A stretch of 64,000 nucleotides of DNA from an uncultured Candidatus Rokubacteria bacterium (GTDB taxonomy: Bacteria > Methylomirabilota > Methylomirabilia > Rokubacteriales > DASRDR01), in NCBI GenBank assembly GCA_963708025.1, contig CAVPSB010000024.1:1-64000 (forward strand). Reading direction: 5' to 3'. Made by a program: the position numbers and the translations under genes. Positions within the stretch are counted from its first letter, which is position 1. Each line of letters begins with the position of its first letter. Positions 1 through 9,599 of the stretch are shown here, in pieces. The notes below the pieces were generated by a model. It saw only the letters and a program-made list of their open reading frames with translations. It searched no databases and had not been told where the DNA came from.

Positions 1-167
1 CGGGTACAGGAAGCGCAGGGGGTGACTCGGCGCGTACCGGGCGAGCAGACCGTGGTCACGCAGTAGACTGATCAGGTCGTCGCCGCCTCCTCGTGCGCCA
101 TTCTACCGGACGGGTGGAGTAGGATGGAGGCGGGCGCCCCCGACCGGGGCGCCGGAGGAGGCGCCGA

Positions 168-1625
168 ATGTCCGATCCCGTCAGGCCCCGCACGCTGGGC
201 GAGCTGCGCCGGTCCGGCTACCGGCCGCGGACCGTCCGCGAGGAGGTCCACGCCAACCTCGTCCGGAAGCTCGAGGCCGGCGAGGCGCTCTTCCCCGGCA
301 TCGTCGGCTACCAGGACACCGTCATCCCGGAGCTGGCGAACGCGCTCCTGGCGGGCCAGAACGTCATCGTCCTCGGCGAGCGCGGCCAGGCCAAGTCCCG
401 GCTGATCCGCGCCATGGTCAGCCTGCTGGACGCCGAGATCCCCGTCGTGGCCGGCAGCGAGCTGAACGACAGCCCGTTCGCCCCGGTGAGCCCGGCGGCG
501 AAGCGGCGCGTCGCCGAGGACGGCGACGAGGTCGCCCTCGACTGGCTGCCGCGCGAGGCGCGCTACGGCGAGAAGCTCGCCACCCCCGACGTCTCGATGG
601 CCGACCTGATCGGCGACGTGGACCCGATCAAGGTCGCCGAGGGCCGCTACCTCTCGGACGAGCTGACCATCCACTACGGCCTGGTCCCGCGCACCAACCG
701 CGGCATCTTCTGCGTGAACGAGCTGCCGGACCTCCCCGAGCGGATCCAGGTCGGCCTGTTCAACCTGATGGAGGAGCGCGACGTCCAGATCAAGGGCTAC
801 CGGATCCGGCTCCCGCTCGACCTCCTGATCTTCGCCACCGCCAACCCCGAGGACTACACCAACCGCGGCCGCATCATCACCCCGCTGAAGGACCGCTTCG
901 GCGCCCAGGTGCGGACGCACTACCCCCCGACCCTGCGGGACGAGCGGGCCATCATCGAGCAGGAGCGCACCCGGCTCGGCGACGCCGAGGCGCGCGTCGC
1001 GATGCCGGACTACCTGGCCGAGATCGTGGCCGAGATCAGCGCGCTGGCCCGCAAGAGCGGGGAGGTCAACCAGCGCTCGGGCGTCAGCGTCCGGGTCAGC
1101 ATCGCCAACGACGAGACGCTCCGGAGCGCGGCGCTCCGGCGCGCGCTCCGGCTCGGCGAGAAGACGGCCGCCCCCCGGATCACCGACCTGCCGGCCATCG
1201 TCGCCTCGATGCGGGGCAAGATCGAGCTGGAGTCGGTCGAGGAGGGCCGCGAGGAGGCCGTCATCGAGGAGGTCACCAAGCGCGCGGTGGCCGCCGTCTT
1301 CGGGCGGCGGTTCCCCGGGTCGGACCTCGCCCCGCTGGTGGGGGCGTTCGACGAGGGCCTGGTCGTCAGCACGGGCTCCGCGGTCCCGTCGGCGGACTAC
1401 GTCCGGCTGCGGGACACCGTGAAGGGCCTGCGGGCGGCCGTCGACCGGCTGGCCGCCAACGGCTCGGCGGCCGAGACGGCCTCCGCGGTCGAGTTCGTCC
1501 TGGAGGGGCTCCACCTCTCCCGCCGGCTGAACCGCGACCGGGTGGGCGGCGGCTACGCGTACCGGCGCGCCAGCCGGGAGGCGGACGAGCCCGGCTCCCG
1601 CCGCGACCGCCGCCGGCCCGAGTGA
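168..1625 (+). CDS. MoxR/Mg-chelatase-like AAA+ ATPase (Rv0958-like)
   Basis: Walker A-like GERGQAKS and Walker B-like FCVNELPDL; FATANPEDY motif; RBS ggaggagg; followed by a VWA gene. Confidence 0.85.
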   Translation: MSDPVRPRTLGELRRSGYRPRTVREEVHANLVRKLEAGEALFPGIVGYQDTVIPELANALLAGQNVIVLGERGQAKSRLIRAMVSLLDAEIPVVAGSELNDSPFAPVSPAAKRRVAEDGDEVALDWLPREARYGEKLATPDVSMADLIGDVDPIKVAEGRYLSDELTIHYGLVPRTNRGIFCVNELPDLPERIQVGLFNLMEERDVQIKGYRIRLPLDLLIFATANPEDYTNRGRIITPLKDRFGAQVRTHYPPTLRDERAIIEQERTRLGDAEARVAMPDYLAEIVAEISALARKSGEVNQRSGVSVRVSIANDETLRSAALRRALRLGEKTAAPRITDLPAIVASMRGKIELESVEEGREEAVIEEVTKRAVAAVFGRRFPGSDLAPLVGAFDEGLVVSTGSAVPSADYVRLRDTVKGLRAAVDRLAANGSAAETASAVEFVLEGLHLSRRLNRDRVGGGYAYRRASREADEPGSRRDRRRPE

Positions 1626-1641
1626 AGCCGGATGAAATCCC

Positions 1642-1843
1642 CGCGCGAGGGTAGCGTTGAGGTCGCAAGGGCCGACCCCCCTCCCCCCGGCCAAAGGCCG
1701 AAGGCCGTCGACGAATGGGGAAGGGACGGGCGGGTGGACTCGGCCGTGATGCTATCGCCGCGCGTGGGTAGCGTCGAGGTCGCAAGGGCCGACCCCCCTC
1801 CCCCCGGCAGGTGGGGAGGGGACGGGGGTGGGGGGGGTCTCAG
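1642..1843. repeat. Two tandem ~48-bp GTAG-hairpin units plus C-rich/G-rich hairpin (dispersed family A)
   Basis: cgcgcg(a/t)gggtagcgt(t/c)gaggtcgcaagggccgacccccctccccccgg at ~1642 and ~1759; contains the CCAAAGGCCGAAGGCCGTC module; ends ...ggtctcag. Confidence 0.8.
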
Positions 1844-1847
1844 ATTG

Positions 1848-3809
1848 ATGGAATACCGGTACGCGCGCTGGGACGGGACGCGGGAGCCGTTCGCGCCGGG
1901 CGCGGACGCGCTGCTGGACCGGATCGCCGAGGACCTGTTCGAGCACGGCGACCTCATGCGCGCCCTCCGGGAGCTCTTCCGGGGCGGCCTGCGCGGGCCG
2001 GCCGGCCAGCGCATCCCGGGGCTCCGCGACCTGATGGAGCGGCTCCAGCAGCGCCGGAAGGAGCGCCTGGACCGCTACGACCTCGACAGCGTGATGACCG
2101 ACGTGCGCCGGCGCCTCGAGCGGATCGTCGGGCTGGAGCGCGACGCCGCCGATCGCGCCGCCGGCGATCCGGCGACCCGGGAGCGGGGCGAGGCCGCCCG
2201 GCGGACGCTCGACGCGCTGCCGAAGAGCCCGGGTGGGGCCATCAGGGCGCTGACCGGTCACGACTTCCTCGACCCCGAGGCCCAGCTCCTCTTCGAGGAG
2301 CTGCTCGACACGCTCCAGCGCCGCATGATCGGCAGCGTCGCCGAGGGGCTCGCCCAGTCGATGCGCGGCATGACGCCGGGCCAGCAGGACGGGCTGCGCG
2401 AGATGCTGCGCGAGCTGAACCGGATGCTCCGCGACCGCCTGGAGGGCCGGGAGCCCGACTTCCAGGGGTTCATGGAGCGGTTCGGCCCCATGTTCGGCCC
2501 CGACCCGCCTCGCGACCTGGACGAGCTGCTCGACCGGATGCAGCGGCAGATGGCCCAGATGCAGTCCCTCATGGACAGCATGTCGCCCGAGCAGCGCCGC
2601 CAGCTCATGCAGGCCCTCGAGCAGTCGCTCGACCCGGCGACGCTCGCCGAGATGGCCGAGCTGGGCGCGCTGATGCAGGCGCTGCGCCCGCCCTCGGATC
2701 TCGCCCGGGAGCACACCTTCGCCGGCGCCGAGCCGCTCACGCTCGACGCGGCGATGCGGGTCATGGGCGAGCTGCAGGACCTCGACGGGCTCGAGCAGGC
2801 CCTCCAGCAGGCGGCGCGCTCCGGCGACCTGGACCGGCTGGACCCCCAGCAGGTCGGCGACCGGCTCGGCCCCGAGGCCGAGCGGGCCGTCCGCGAGCTG
2901 CAGGAGATCGCGCGGAAGCTCGAGGAGCAGGGCCTCGCCCGCCGGGAGGGCGATCGCTGGGAGCTGACGCCGCGCACCATCCGGAAGCTCGGCGAGAAGG
3001 CCCTGGCCGAGGTCTTCGGCCGGCTGGGGCGCGGGCGCGTCGGGGGCCACCGGATCGCCCCGGCCGGCGCCGGCGGGGAGCCGACCGGCGACACCCGGCC
3101 CTACGAGCCCGGCGACCCGTTCGACCTGAACCTGCTGCGCTCGCTGATGAACGCGCTCGCCCGCGGCGGGCCCGGCACCCCGGTGCGCTTCGCGCTCGAG
3201 GACTTCGAGGTGGACCGGTTCGAGGCCACCATCTCGGCCGCCACCGTCCTGCTGCTCGACCAGTCGAGCTCGATGGTCCACTACGGCCGCTGGCCGTCGG
3301 CCAAGAAGGTGGCCATGGCGCTCCAGGCGCTCATCCAGGGCCAGTTCCCGCGCGACCGGCTCTTCCTCATCGGCTTCTCGGACTACGCCGGCGAGATCCG
3401 GACCCGCGACCTCCCCACCGCCCTGCCCAACATGTGGCAGCAGGGCACCAACATGCACCACGCCCTCATGCTCGCCCGGCGGCTCCTGTCGAAGGAGCGG
3501 GCCGGGACGCGCCAGATCATCATGGTGACCGACGGCGACCCGACCGCCCACCTCGAGGACGGCGAGTCCCAGTTCAGCTACCCGCCGTCGCGGCGGACGA
3601 TCCTGGCGACGCTGCGGGAGGTCAAGCGCTGCACCGCGGCCGGCATCAAGATCAACACCTTCATGCTCGACCGCTCGCCCTACCTGATGCAGTTCGTGGA
3701 CTACGTGACGCGGATCAACCGGGGGCGGGCCTTCTTCGCCGAGCCCGGCCGCCTCGGCGACTACGTCCTCATCGACTACGTCGCCAACCGCCGCCGCCGC
3801 GTGGGGTAG
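1848..3809 (+). CDS. VWA domain-containing protein (Rv0959-like), partner of the upstream AAA+ ATPase
   Basis: N-terminal YRYARWDG; MIDAS-like LLLDQSSSM, GTNMHHAL and IIMVTDGDP; ATG at 1848 preferred because the longer ORF start lies in repeat DNA. Confidence 0.85.
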   Translation: MEYRYARWDGTREPFAPGADALLDRIAEDLFEHGDLMRALRELFRGGLRGPAGQRIPGLRDLMERLQQRRKERLDRYDLDSVMTDVRRRLERIVGLERDAADRAAGDPATRERGEAARRTLDALPKSPGGAIRALTGHDFLDPEAQLLFEELLDTLQRRMIGSVAEGLAQSMRGMTPGQQDGLREMLRELNRMLRDRLEGREPDFQGFMERFGPMFGPDPPRDLDELLDRMQRQMAQMQSLMDSMSPEQRRQLMQALEQSLDPATLAEMAELGALMQALRPPSDLAREHTFAGAEPLTLDAAMRVMGELQDLDGLEQALQQAARSGDLDRLDPQQVGDRLGPEAERAVRELQEIARKLEEQGLARREGDRWELTPRTIRKLGEKALAEVFGRLGRGRVGGHRIAPAGAGGEPTGDTRPYEPGDPFDLNLLRSLMNALARGGPGTPVRFALEDFEVDRFEATISAATVLLLDQSSSMVHYGRWPSAKKVAMALQALIQGQFPRDRLFLIGFSDYAGEIRTRDLPTALPNMWQQGTNMHHALMLARRLLSKERAGTRQIIMVTDGDPTAHLEDGESQFSYPPSRRTILATLREVKRCTAAGIKINTFMLDRSPYLMQFVDYVTRINRGRAFFAEPGRLGDYVLIDYVANRRRRVG

Positions 3810-3902
3810 GCCGGGCATCTGCGACGAACGTCTCGACTTTCGACTATTGACTAGCCAAGGAGGCCAAACATGTCCTAGGCGACGGCTCTTCTCCAGATTT
3901 GT

Positions 3903-6321
3903 TCAGGCAGTAACGCTCTCTTCGATCTCAGTTGCGAGACGGTCAAAGTCGGGGAGTAACGCGAGAACGCCGCGCGCCGCCTCGCTGGTCGCCCGACGAC
4001 GCTGGACGTCGTCCATCGCCTTTTCGGGCTCGTCGCCGCCGTTCTCCTTCATCTGCCAGGTGGTGTGCTTCTTCGCGAGCGCTTCCTCGCGCACCCAGAG
4101 GTTCGCGATGGCGACACCGAGCGCGATCCCGTAGCGCTCCCGACGAATTTGCATCGCCTGGTCGCCGCTGAATGCGGAACCTTGCTTGTACGCTGCCCAC
4201 GGCGCGAAGTCCTCGTTCAGCACGATCGTTGCGACCTCCGTGTGCACATCCTTGAATTCGCCGTACAGGTCCGGGTTCATCTCAGCGAGTACCTTGCCAG
4301 CAAGTCGCTGTAGGTCGCCCGCGGTCTCTTCGGTCCACCCACTCGCACGCTGGTCCTCGACGCGGTTCCAGACAAGCGCGATCACGCTGCGCTTCTTCCC
4401 CTCGGCCTGCCCCGCGCCCTCCTTCGTCTTCGGCAGCCGTGGGGGCTGGGGCTCTGCCCTTTCCGCAAGGAAGGTGACGCTGAGGGGCCAGCGCAACTCA
4501 CTGACGCCGCCACTGGAGCGCAGCCAGGAGAGGACGAGGACGACGTGGTGAATTCCGAGCGCAGCCTCGTCGGCCGCGGAGATCCCGAGTTGTATGCGGC
4601 CACGGCGCAGGTCACCGACCGACAGACTGAGTTCGGCGTCGGCCGGCGTGTTGCGCAACTCGATCTGCCCGCGTGTGGGGATGAAGCCGTCGACCGCATT
4701 GATCGTCATGTAGAAGGCATGGCTCTCGCCGGGGAGGAAAGAAATGCCGACAGGTCCGGTGAAGCTCGTGGGCTCGGCGTAGAGGTCCTCGCGCGGCTTC
4801 GGCGGCTTCGGCCTCGGACTGCGTCCCTTCTTGTCGATGAGCACCTCGAGCGTCGGCACCTTCGCGGCGATCGCCCGGTTCAGCTTCTCGAGGAAGTTCT
4901 TCGTGATACGCTGCGCGGTTCGCTGTAGCGCCTCACGCGTGAGCCGCGTCTCAGCCTCTTCGAGGTCAGGGTCGTTCTCGAGCCAGCGGGCGATGGCCTC
5001 CTCGAGCCTTCGGGCCTCTGGGGTCTTCCGCAGCGCCTCGCGCATCGAGCTGAGCATCTGGATTCTCTGTTTGCGCGGTACCTCCTCGAGGTCAACCTCG
5101 ACAAAGATCCGCTCGGCGACCCGGCGACGGCTCGGCACGAGTGTCTGGAAGCGCTGCTGATCCCAGGCGTGGTGGACCTGGCCGTCGTGGGTGAGAACAG
5201 TGACATAACCGCGCGCAACGTAGGACCGACGGCGGTTGAGGTCACGGAAGAGCCACCAGCGCACGCGCATGGTCCCAATGCCGGGAACGGGCACAGAGGA
5301 GAACTCGCTCTTTCGAAGGAGCGGCGCGTGTTCGGCGTCGTCAGGACTCTTTCGATCTGATGGGGTTTCGAGGCGCTGCAGGCGCAGGCCCAGGCCGGAA
5401 AGGACGCTGACACCACGACCCTCAGGCCTGCGGTTTGCGGGTGGTGTGCGATTGTCGGCGAGACCGAATGGAAGCGTCGGCCTGAACAGCACCGTCTCGG
5501 CGTAGGCGTAGATACTGTCGTCCTGCTGCCACGTCTCCTGGCCCATGCGGTCGGCCTGGTAGCCGATGTGTGCCACGTATACGCCGGGCTCGAACTGGCT
5601 TGCCTCTTCCGCCGTGCACGCCCAGGGAAGGCCCTTCGGGTCCTCAGGGGTGTCGCAGACGAGGTAGCGGAAGAAGGGAAGCCGGTAGTCATCACTATCT
5701 TCGCACCGGACGACCGCAACCGTGACCTCGTCGATCTCGCCACGGGTGAGGAGTTCCGGCTGTTTGCGCATCACAAGGACGGTCGCCGCGCTGAACATGC
5801 ATGCGAGTGAACCGCCCTTCCCGTACACGCCATGCTGATACAGCTTTCGAAGCTTATTGCTCGCCTCGAGCGAGAGCAGCGTGTACGGCGACTCCGCCCG
5901 AGAGACGCCGATTCCGAAGTCCCGGAACGCGACAGTCGGACGCCGCTTCGAGTCGTCCGAGTCAAGGAGGATGACCAGTGCGAGCTTCCCAATTCGCTCG
6001 CGCTGGTCCGTTGTCATCTCGGCGAGACCTGCCTTCGGAATGTCGAAGAGCTTCCGCGCGGCCGCAGCGGGTGAGGTAAGCGCGGCGACGCTGGCGTGCT
6101 GCCGCTGCACCTCGAGCTCGATGAGCGCATCGAGTTCGTTCGTCGCGCGCTCGAAGAGGAGCCCCTTTGGGTCGGCGGCGCTTGACAGAGTCGAACCAGT
6201 TCGTCTCGCGGTCGCCGAGGAACCGGATGCGCCGGGCGCCGCCGCTTCTCAGCTCCCGCTCAAGTGCCTCCACGTCCGCGACCATTCTCGCGTTGAGCGC
6301 CATCTCGACCATCCGGTTCAT
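3903..6321 (-). CDS. Large GHKL-family ATPase (MORC/TopoVIB/MutL-like N-terminus, unknown C-terminus), ~805 aa, one frameshift near 6195
   Basis: Removing one T in AACTGGTTCGACT joins ORF 5962..6321 to 3903..6110, giving FERATNELDA (N box), FRDFGIG (G1) and HGVYGKGG (G2), then an S5-like segment (VLTHDGQVH...VEVD...MRE). Confidence 0.75.
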
Positions 6322-7376
6322 GTCGTCGCCTCCTCGACCTCACGCCGCCCGAGTTCGGTCAGCGCGTACCGCCCCTCACTCAGCTTCGGCTCCACTAGCC
6401 CCCACTCGCGCCCTCGGCTGATGTATCCCGCCACATTTGTCGAGGCCGCTGCTCCAGGCCACTCTGCGGCGAAGCGGCGCAATAGGCCCTGGCGCGTCGG
6501 CATCTCGACGAGCGTCCGGAGGATTCCGAGCCACGCCCCGTAGTCGTCGGGGAGCGTCGCTCGCAAGTGCCCGCGGAAGGCACGCCAAGCCTGATCGACG
6601 TGTGGTGGCCTCGCGACGAGCCCGACAGCGGCGAGGGAATTTAGCAGCTCGCTTCCCTTGTCGGTCGGCGCCACGACGTAGCCGGTGCTGGCCGGACCCG
6701 CCCCAGCAAGCTTCATCGCGAAAAGCGGCCCGATCGGCCCGCCCTCGCGATCGGGCATCCCGACCATGTGCTCGATGAAGCGAGCCTCCGACGATTGCCG
6801 CTTCTCCGCGTTCGTCGGAAATCCGATCGCCGCCTTCATCTCATCGGACGCGCGCTCCTCGTCGGCTGTCGCAAGCTGTGCGCCGATCTTCCACGCGGCT
6901 TCTAGTAGGTTCGATAGGAACTCGGGCCACGGGATCGGACCGCCACGGCTAGTCGCCATGCTGATCAAAGAGTGCGCGGCCCACAACGTAGGGTAGTCGC
7001 GATTGTGAAGGCCGTAGAGCATGCCGCCTGCGGAATGGGGTGGCAGGACAGGGACTCGGCCGCTGAACGATGTGATCGACTCGATGGCTATTGGCCGCTC
7101 GGCGTCCAGAGTACCGCCGCGGTTGGGCAAGACCCGCTCGTCGCTCTTCGCGCTCGAGCGAAGGAGGAGGACGGGAGCAGGCCCGCCGGCGGGACGGACG
7201 CGCTCGTCGGCGATCCGGTCCGCGATCGCCTCCCGGATGAAGTCGTCGCGCCCGTTGTAGGCGCCACCCGACTTAAGGATGGTCCCATCCATCTCCTTGA
7301 CGAGGGACGCTGGTAGCCATGTCTTCACGAGACGGAGCACCTGGTTGGGAGCGGCCGACCGCCGAGCCTTCGGCAT
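6318..7376 (-). CDS. Hypothetical DNA-binding protein with N-terminal ribbon-helix-helix and C-terminal winged-helix-like region
   Basis: LVKTWLPASLVKEMD...GRDDFIREAIADRI is CopG/Arc-like; YISRGREWGLV...YALTELG is wing-like; stop overlaps the ATPase start (ATGA 6318-6321). Confidence 0.65.
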   Translation of the reverse strand: MPKARRSAAPNQVLRLVKTWLPASLVKEMDGTILKSGGAYNGRDDFIREAIADRIADERVRPAGGPAPVLLLRSSAKSDERVLPNRGGTLDAERPIAIESITSFSGRVPVLPPHSAGGMLYGLHNRDYPTLWAAHSLISMATSRGGPIPWPEFLSNLLEAAWKIGAQLATADEERASDEMKAAIGFPTNAEKRQSSEARFIEHMVGMPDREGGPIGPLFAMKLAGAGPASTGYVVAPTDKGSELLNSLAAVGLVARPPHVDQAWRAFRGHLRATLPDDYGAWLGILRTLVEMPTRQGLLRRFAAEWPGAAASTNVAGYISRGREWGLVEPKLSEGRYALTELGRREVEEATT

Positions 7377-7380
7377 GGAA

Positions 7381-7412
7381 ACTATATTCGGTGATATCCT
7401 AGTTTTTGTCAA
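7381..7412 (-). promoter_or_regulatory. Possible sigma70-type promoter of the island operon
   Basis: AT-rich patch; TTGACA at 7407-7412 and TATAGT at 7381-7386 on the minus strand, but a non-canonical 20-nt spacer. Confidence 0.35.
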
Positions 7413-7478
7413 GTGTATTTAGACTGTTTATGTCGCTGGATCCTCGGCGGCAAGCCGGTGGCTGACCGCTCACGACCC

Positions 7479-7643
7479 CGGCGGCTCCTGGCCAAGGAGC
7501 CGGACCGGAACGCGTCAGATGACCATGGTGGCTAACGGCAACCCAAGCCCGAGCCGCGTCAACCTCGAATCTTCGCCCAGCCTGGGCGCCTTGGGGATTA
7601 CGTGCTGGTAGACTACATCGCCAGCTACCCTCGGGTGGGATAG
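7479..7643 (+). pseudogene. Degenerate duplicate of the 3' part of the VWA gene
   Basis: Translates as RRLLAKE/RTGTRQMTMVANGNP...SRVN/FAQPGRLGDYVLVDYIASYPRVG* versus VWA RRLLSKERAGTRQIIMVTDGDP...TRIN...FAEPGRLGDYVLIDYVANRRRRVG*. Confidence 0.85.
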
Positions 7644-7653
7644 GTCGCCCGGG

Positions 7654-8241
7654 TCAGCCGACGGCTTCGGCGTCCCACAGGCCCGGATAGCGGACGACGA
7701 ATCCCGCCGCGTTCACCTGGAGGTCGGCGACGAACCGGCCGCCGTCGCTCTCGTACCGGTAGGTCGTGACGTCGAGGCGGCGGTAGCGCTGGTCGAGCGG
7801 CTCCAGGGTGAGGCCCGGGAAGCCCAGCCAGGCGGCCCTCACCTCGGCTTCCTGCCCGACGGCCAGACCCAGCCGGCGGATCGCCAGCAGGTTGGTGGAC
7901 GGGCTGAAGCCCAGGTCGAGGTCAACGCAGCCCACCACTCCGGGGGACTCCGTGCCGTCGAGTCGCCAGCGGCGTCCCGCATCGACGGACAGGGCGATCT
8001 CGACGGTCTGGCTCCCGATCCAGCCGGTCACGCGTCCGGACACGGTGCGCCACCCGGAGTCGCCGACCACGCGGTACTCCAGCCGACACGGCCGGGCCTC
8101 GTGAGCGAAGACCGCCGTGCCGCTCAGGTGCCAGCCGTCGGGCCGCCGGGAGAGCCTGGCGGATTCGTGACCTGGCTGATCCAGCCGGCGCCAGAGGATC
8201 GGGTGGTCGGCCGGTGGCACCGTCTCGACGGCGCTCGTCAC
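7654..8241 (-). CDS. Putative glycolipid-binding domain protein (PA1994-like)
   Basis: ILWRRLD...GCVDLDLGFSPSTNLLAIRRL...QRYRRL...YPGLW family pattern. Confidence 0.8.
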   Translation of the reverse strand: MTSAVETVPPADHPILWRRLDQPGHESARLSRRPDGWHLSGTAVFAHEARPCRLEYRVVGDSGWRTVSGRVTGWIGSQTVEIALSVDAGRRWRLDGTESPGVVGCVDLDLGFSPSTNLLAIRRLGLAVGQEAEVRAAWLGFPGLTLEPLDQRYRRLDVTTYRYESDGGRFVADLQVNAAGFVVRYPGLWDAEAVG

Positions 8242-8627
8242 GCGATCCGCTCGTAGCTGGAGACCTCGATGAGATTGTCGTCGGGATCGCGGAGGTAGAC
8301 GGAGGTGATCGGCCCCATCGCGCCGGTCCGGGAGACCGGGCCCTTCTCGATGGCGACACCCGCGCTCCGAAGCTCGGCAACGACCTCGGTGATGGGCGTG
8401 GAGGTGATCAGGCAGATGTCGGCGGACCCCGGGGCGGGTCGGGCAGCGTGGGGCGCCAGGGGCGCGGCGGCCGGGTGGAGGTTGAGCTTCTGACGGCCGA
8501 AGCCGAGCGCCCGGCGGCCGCCGCCGAACGTGATCGGCTCCATCCCGAGCACCCGACTGTAGAACGTGATCGTCGCCTCCACGTCGCGGACGGTCAGGAC
8601 CAGGTGGTCCAGGCGATCGATCTTCAC
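8238..8627 (-). CDS. VOC/glyoxalase family protein
   Basis: MKIDRLDHLVLTV...QKLNLH...SVYLRDPDDNLIE; GTGA overlap with the upstream gene. Confidence 0.9.
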   Translation of the reverse strand: MKIDRLDHLVLTVRDVEATITFYSRVLGMEPITFGGGRRALGFGRQKLNLHPAAAPLAPHAARPAPGSADICLITSTPITEVVAELRSAGVAIEKGPVSRTGAMGPITSVYLRDPDDNLIEVSSYERIA

Positions 8628-9493
8628 GGCACCGGCAGCTCGGGCCGGCCGGCGACCCCGCTCGCCAGGACGGCGGCCACCTCGGCGATCGGGGGTGGCT
8701 CGGTCGCGTCCTTGTACTGCGCGAGCCGCTGGTAGACCTCGGCCGCCGCGCGGTGGAAGCCGTCGGGGAGCCCGGCGGCGGCGAAGGTCGCCGCGATCTC
8801 CTCCATCTCGCCGATCCACCGCCACGCCTTGGGCGCGCTCCCCTTGGCGGCGGCCTCGGACCGGGCCGTGAGATCGGGCTGGGACCGCGCCCACTCCCGC
8901 AGGAGGGCGTCGTCGACCCGCTCGGCGGCGGCGAGGGCCCGGACGGCCATGAGAAGCGCGGCGCTCCCCTTGGTCCAGGCGGCGTAGGCCATCTTGAGCG
9001 CGGAGGCGGCCCCGGGCGGCCCGTCGAGCGCGACGACCTCGAGCGGACTGCCTGCGAAGGGCGCGGCGGCGCGCCCGGCCTCGGGGCCGGAGAGATACAG
9101 CCGGGTCGTTCCGGGGCGGTGCGGCGGCGGGCCCACGATGCCGCCGTCCACGAACGTGGCCCCCGCGCGCTCGACGACCGCGCCGATGTCGCGGGCGGTG
9201 GCGGGGGACACCGCGTTGGCGTCCACGTACGTGCCGGCGAAGCGGCGGGCGGCCATCGCGCGCGCGACGTCGAGGGCGGCGTGCGGCGGGCAGACCGACA
9301 CGACGATGTCGCTCTGTCGCACGAGGACCTCCAGTGTGCCCGCGTCCTCGAGGCCGGCCCGCTCGGCCCGCCGGCGAGTCTGCGCCCCCCGCTCCTCGGC
9401 GGCCCACAGCACCCGGGCCCCGCCCGCGACGGCGGCCGCCGCCACCGCGCTGCCCATCTCGCCGGGATGCAGGACGCCGATGGTGAGCGTCAT
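8624..9493 (-). CDS. NAD(P)-dependent oxidoreductase (6PGDH NAD-binding + DUF1932)
   Basis: IGVLHPGEMG Rossmann motif; ASALKMAYA; KAWRWIGEMEEIA. Confidence 0.85.
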   Translation of the reverse strand: MTLTIGVLHPGEMGSAVAAAAVAGGARVLWAAEERGAQTRRRAERAGLEDAGTLEVLVRQSDIVVSVCPPHAALDVARAMAARRFAGTYVDANAVSPATARDIGAVVERAGATFVDGGIVGPPPHRPGTTRLYLSGPEAGRAAAPFAGSPLEVVALDGPPGAASALKMAYAAWTKGSAALLMAVRALAAAERVDDALLREWARSQPDLTARSEAAAKGSAPKAWRWIGEMEEIAATFAAAGLPDGFHRAAAEVYQRLAQYKDATEPPPIAEVAAVLASGVAGRPELPVP

Positions 9494-9599
9494 GAATCGG
9501 GTTCTCCTTCTCCTGTCCGGCGCGTCAGGCGTGAGCTAACGCTTCATCCGAGACGATGAGAATCCGGCGGGACCTCCGAGCGCGGGCCCCTCCGATGAG

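Larger units (their letters stand above)
3810..7478. mobile_element. Putative genomic island with two cargo genes and no integrase
   Basis: Visibly more A/T at third codon positions than flanking genes; bounded on the right by a diverged copy of the VWA gene 3' end. Confidence 0.6.

Noticed and set aside
1-101. 5' end of a minus-strand CDS running off the window (GGGDDLISLLRDHG...)
   Set aside because: Needs a frameshift to join the ATG at 101 and is too short to identify
168-1625. True magnesium chelatase or photosynthesis gene
   Set aside because: No ChlH/BchH or other tetrapyrrole genes nearby; fits a generic AAA+/VWA chaperone pair
72-3850. Long antisense and alternate-frame ORFs here and throughout (e.g. 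72..1694, 1752..3818, 29139..31562)
   Set aside because: Shadow ORFs expected at very high GC; Arg/Pro/Gly-rich and overlapping genes with clear motifs
6185-6205. Programmed frameshift in the GHKL gene
   Set aside because: No slippery heptamer; single-base indels are common across the window
3903-6321. Topoisomerase VI/VIII or histidine kinase
   Set aside because: No recognisable TOPRIM/Spo11 subunit and no H-box; only the GHKL core is supported
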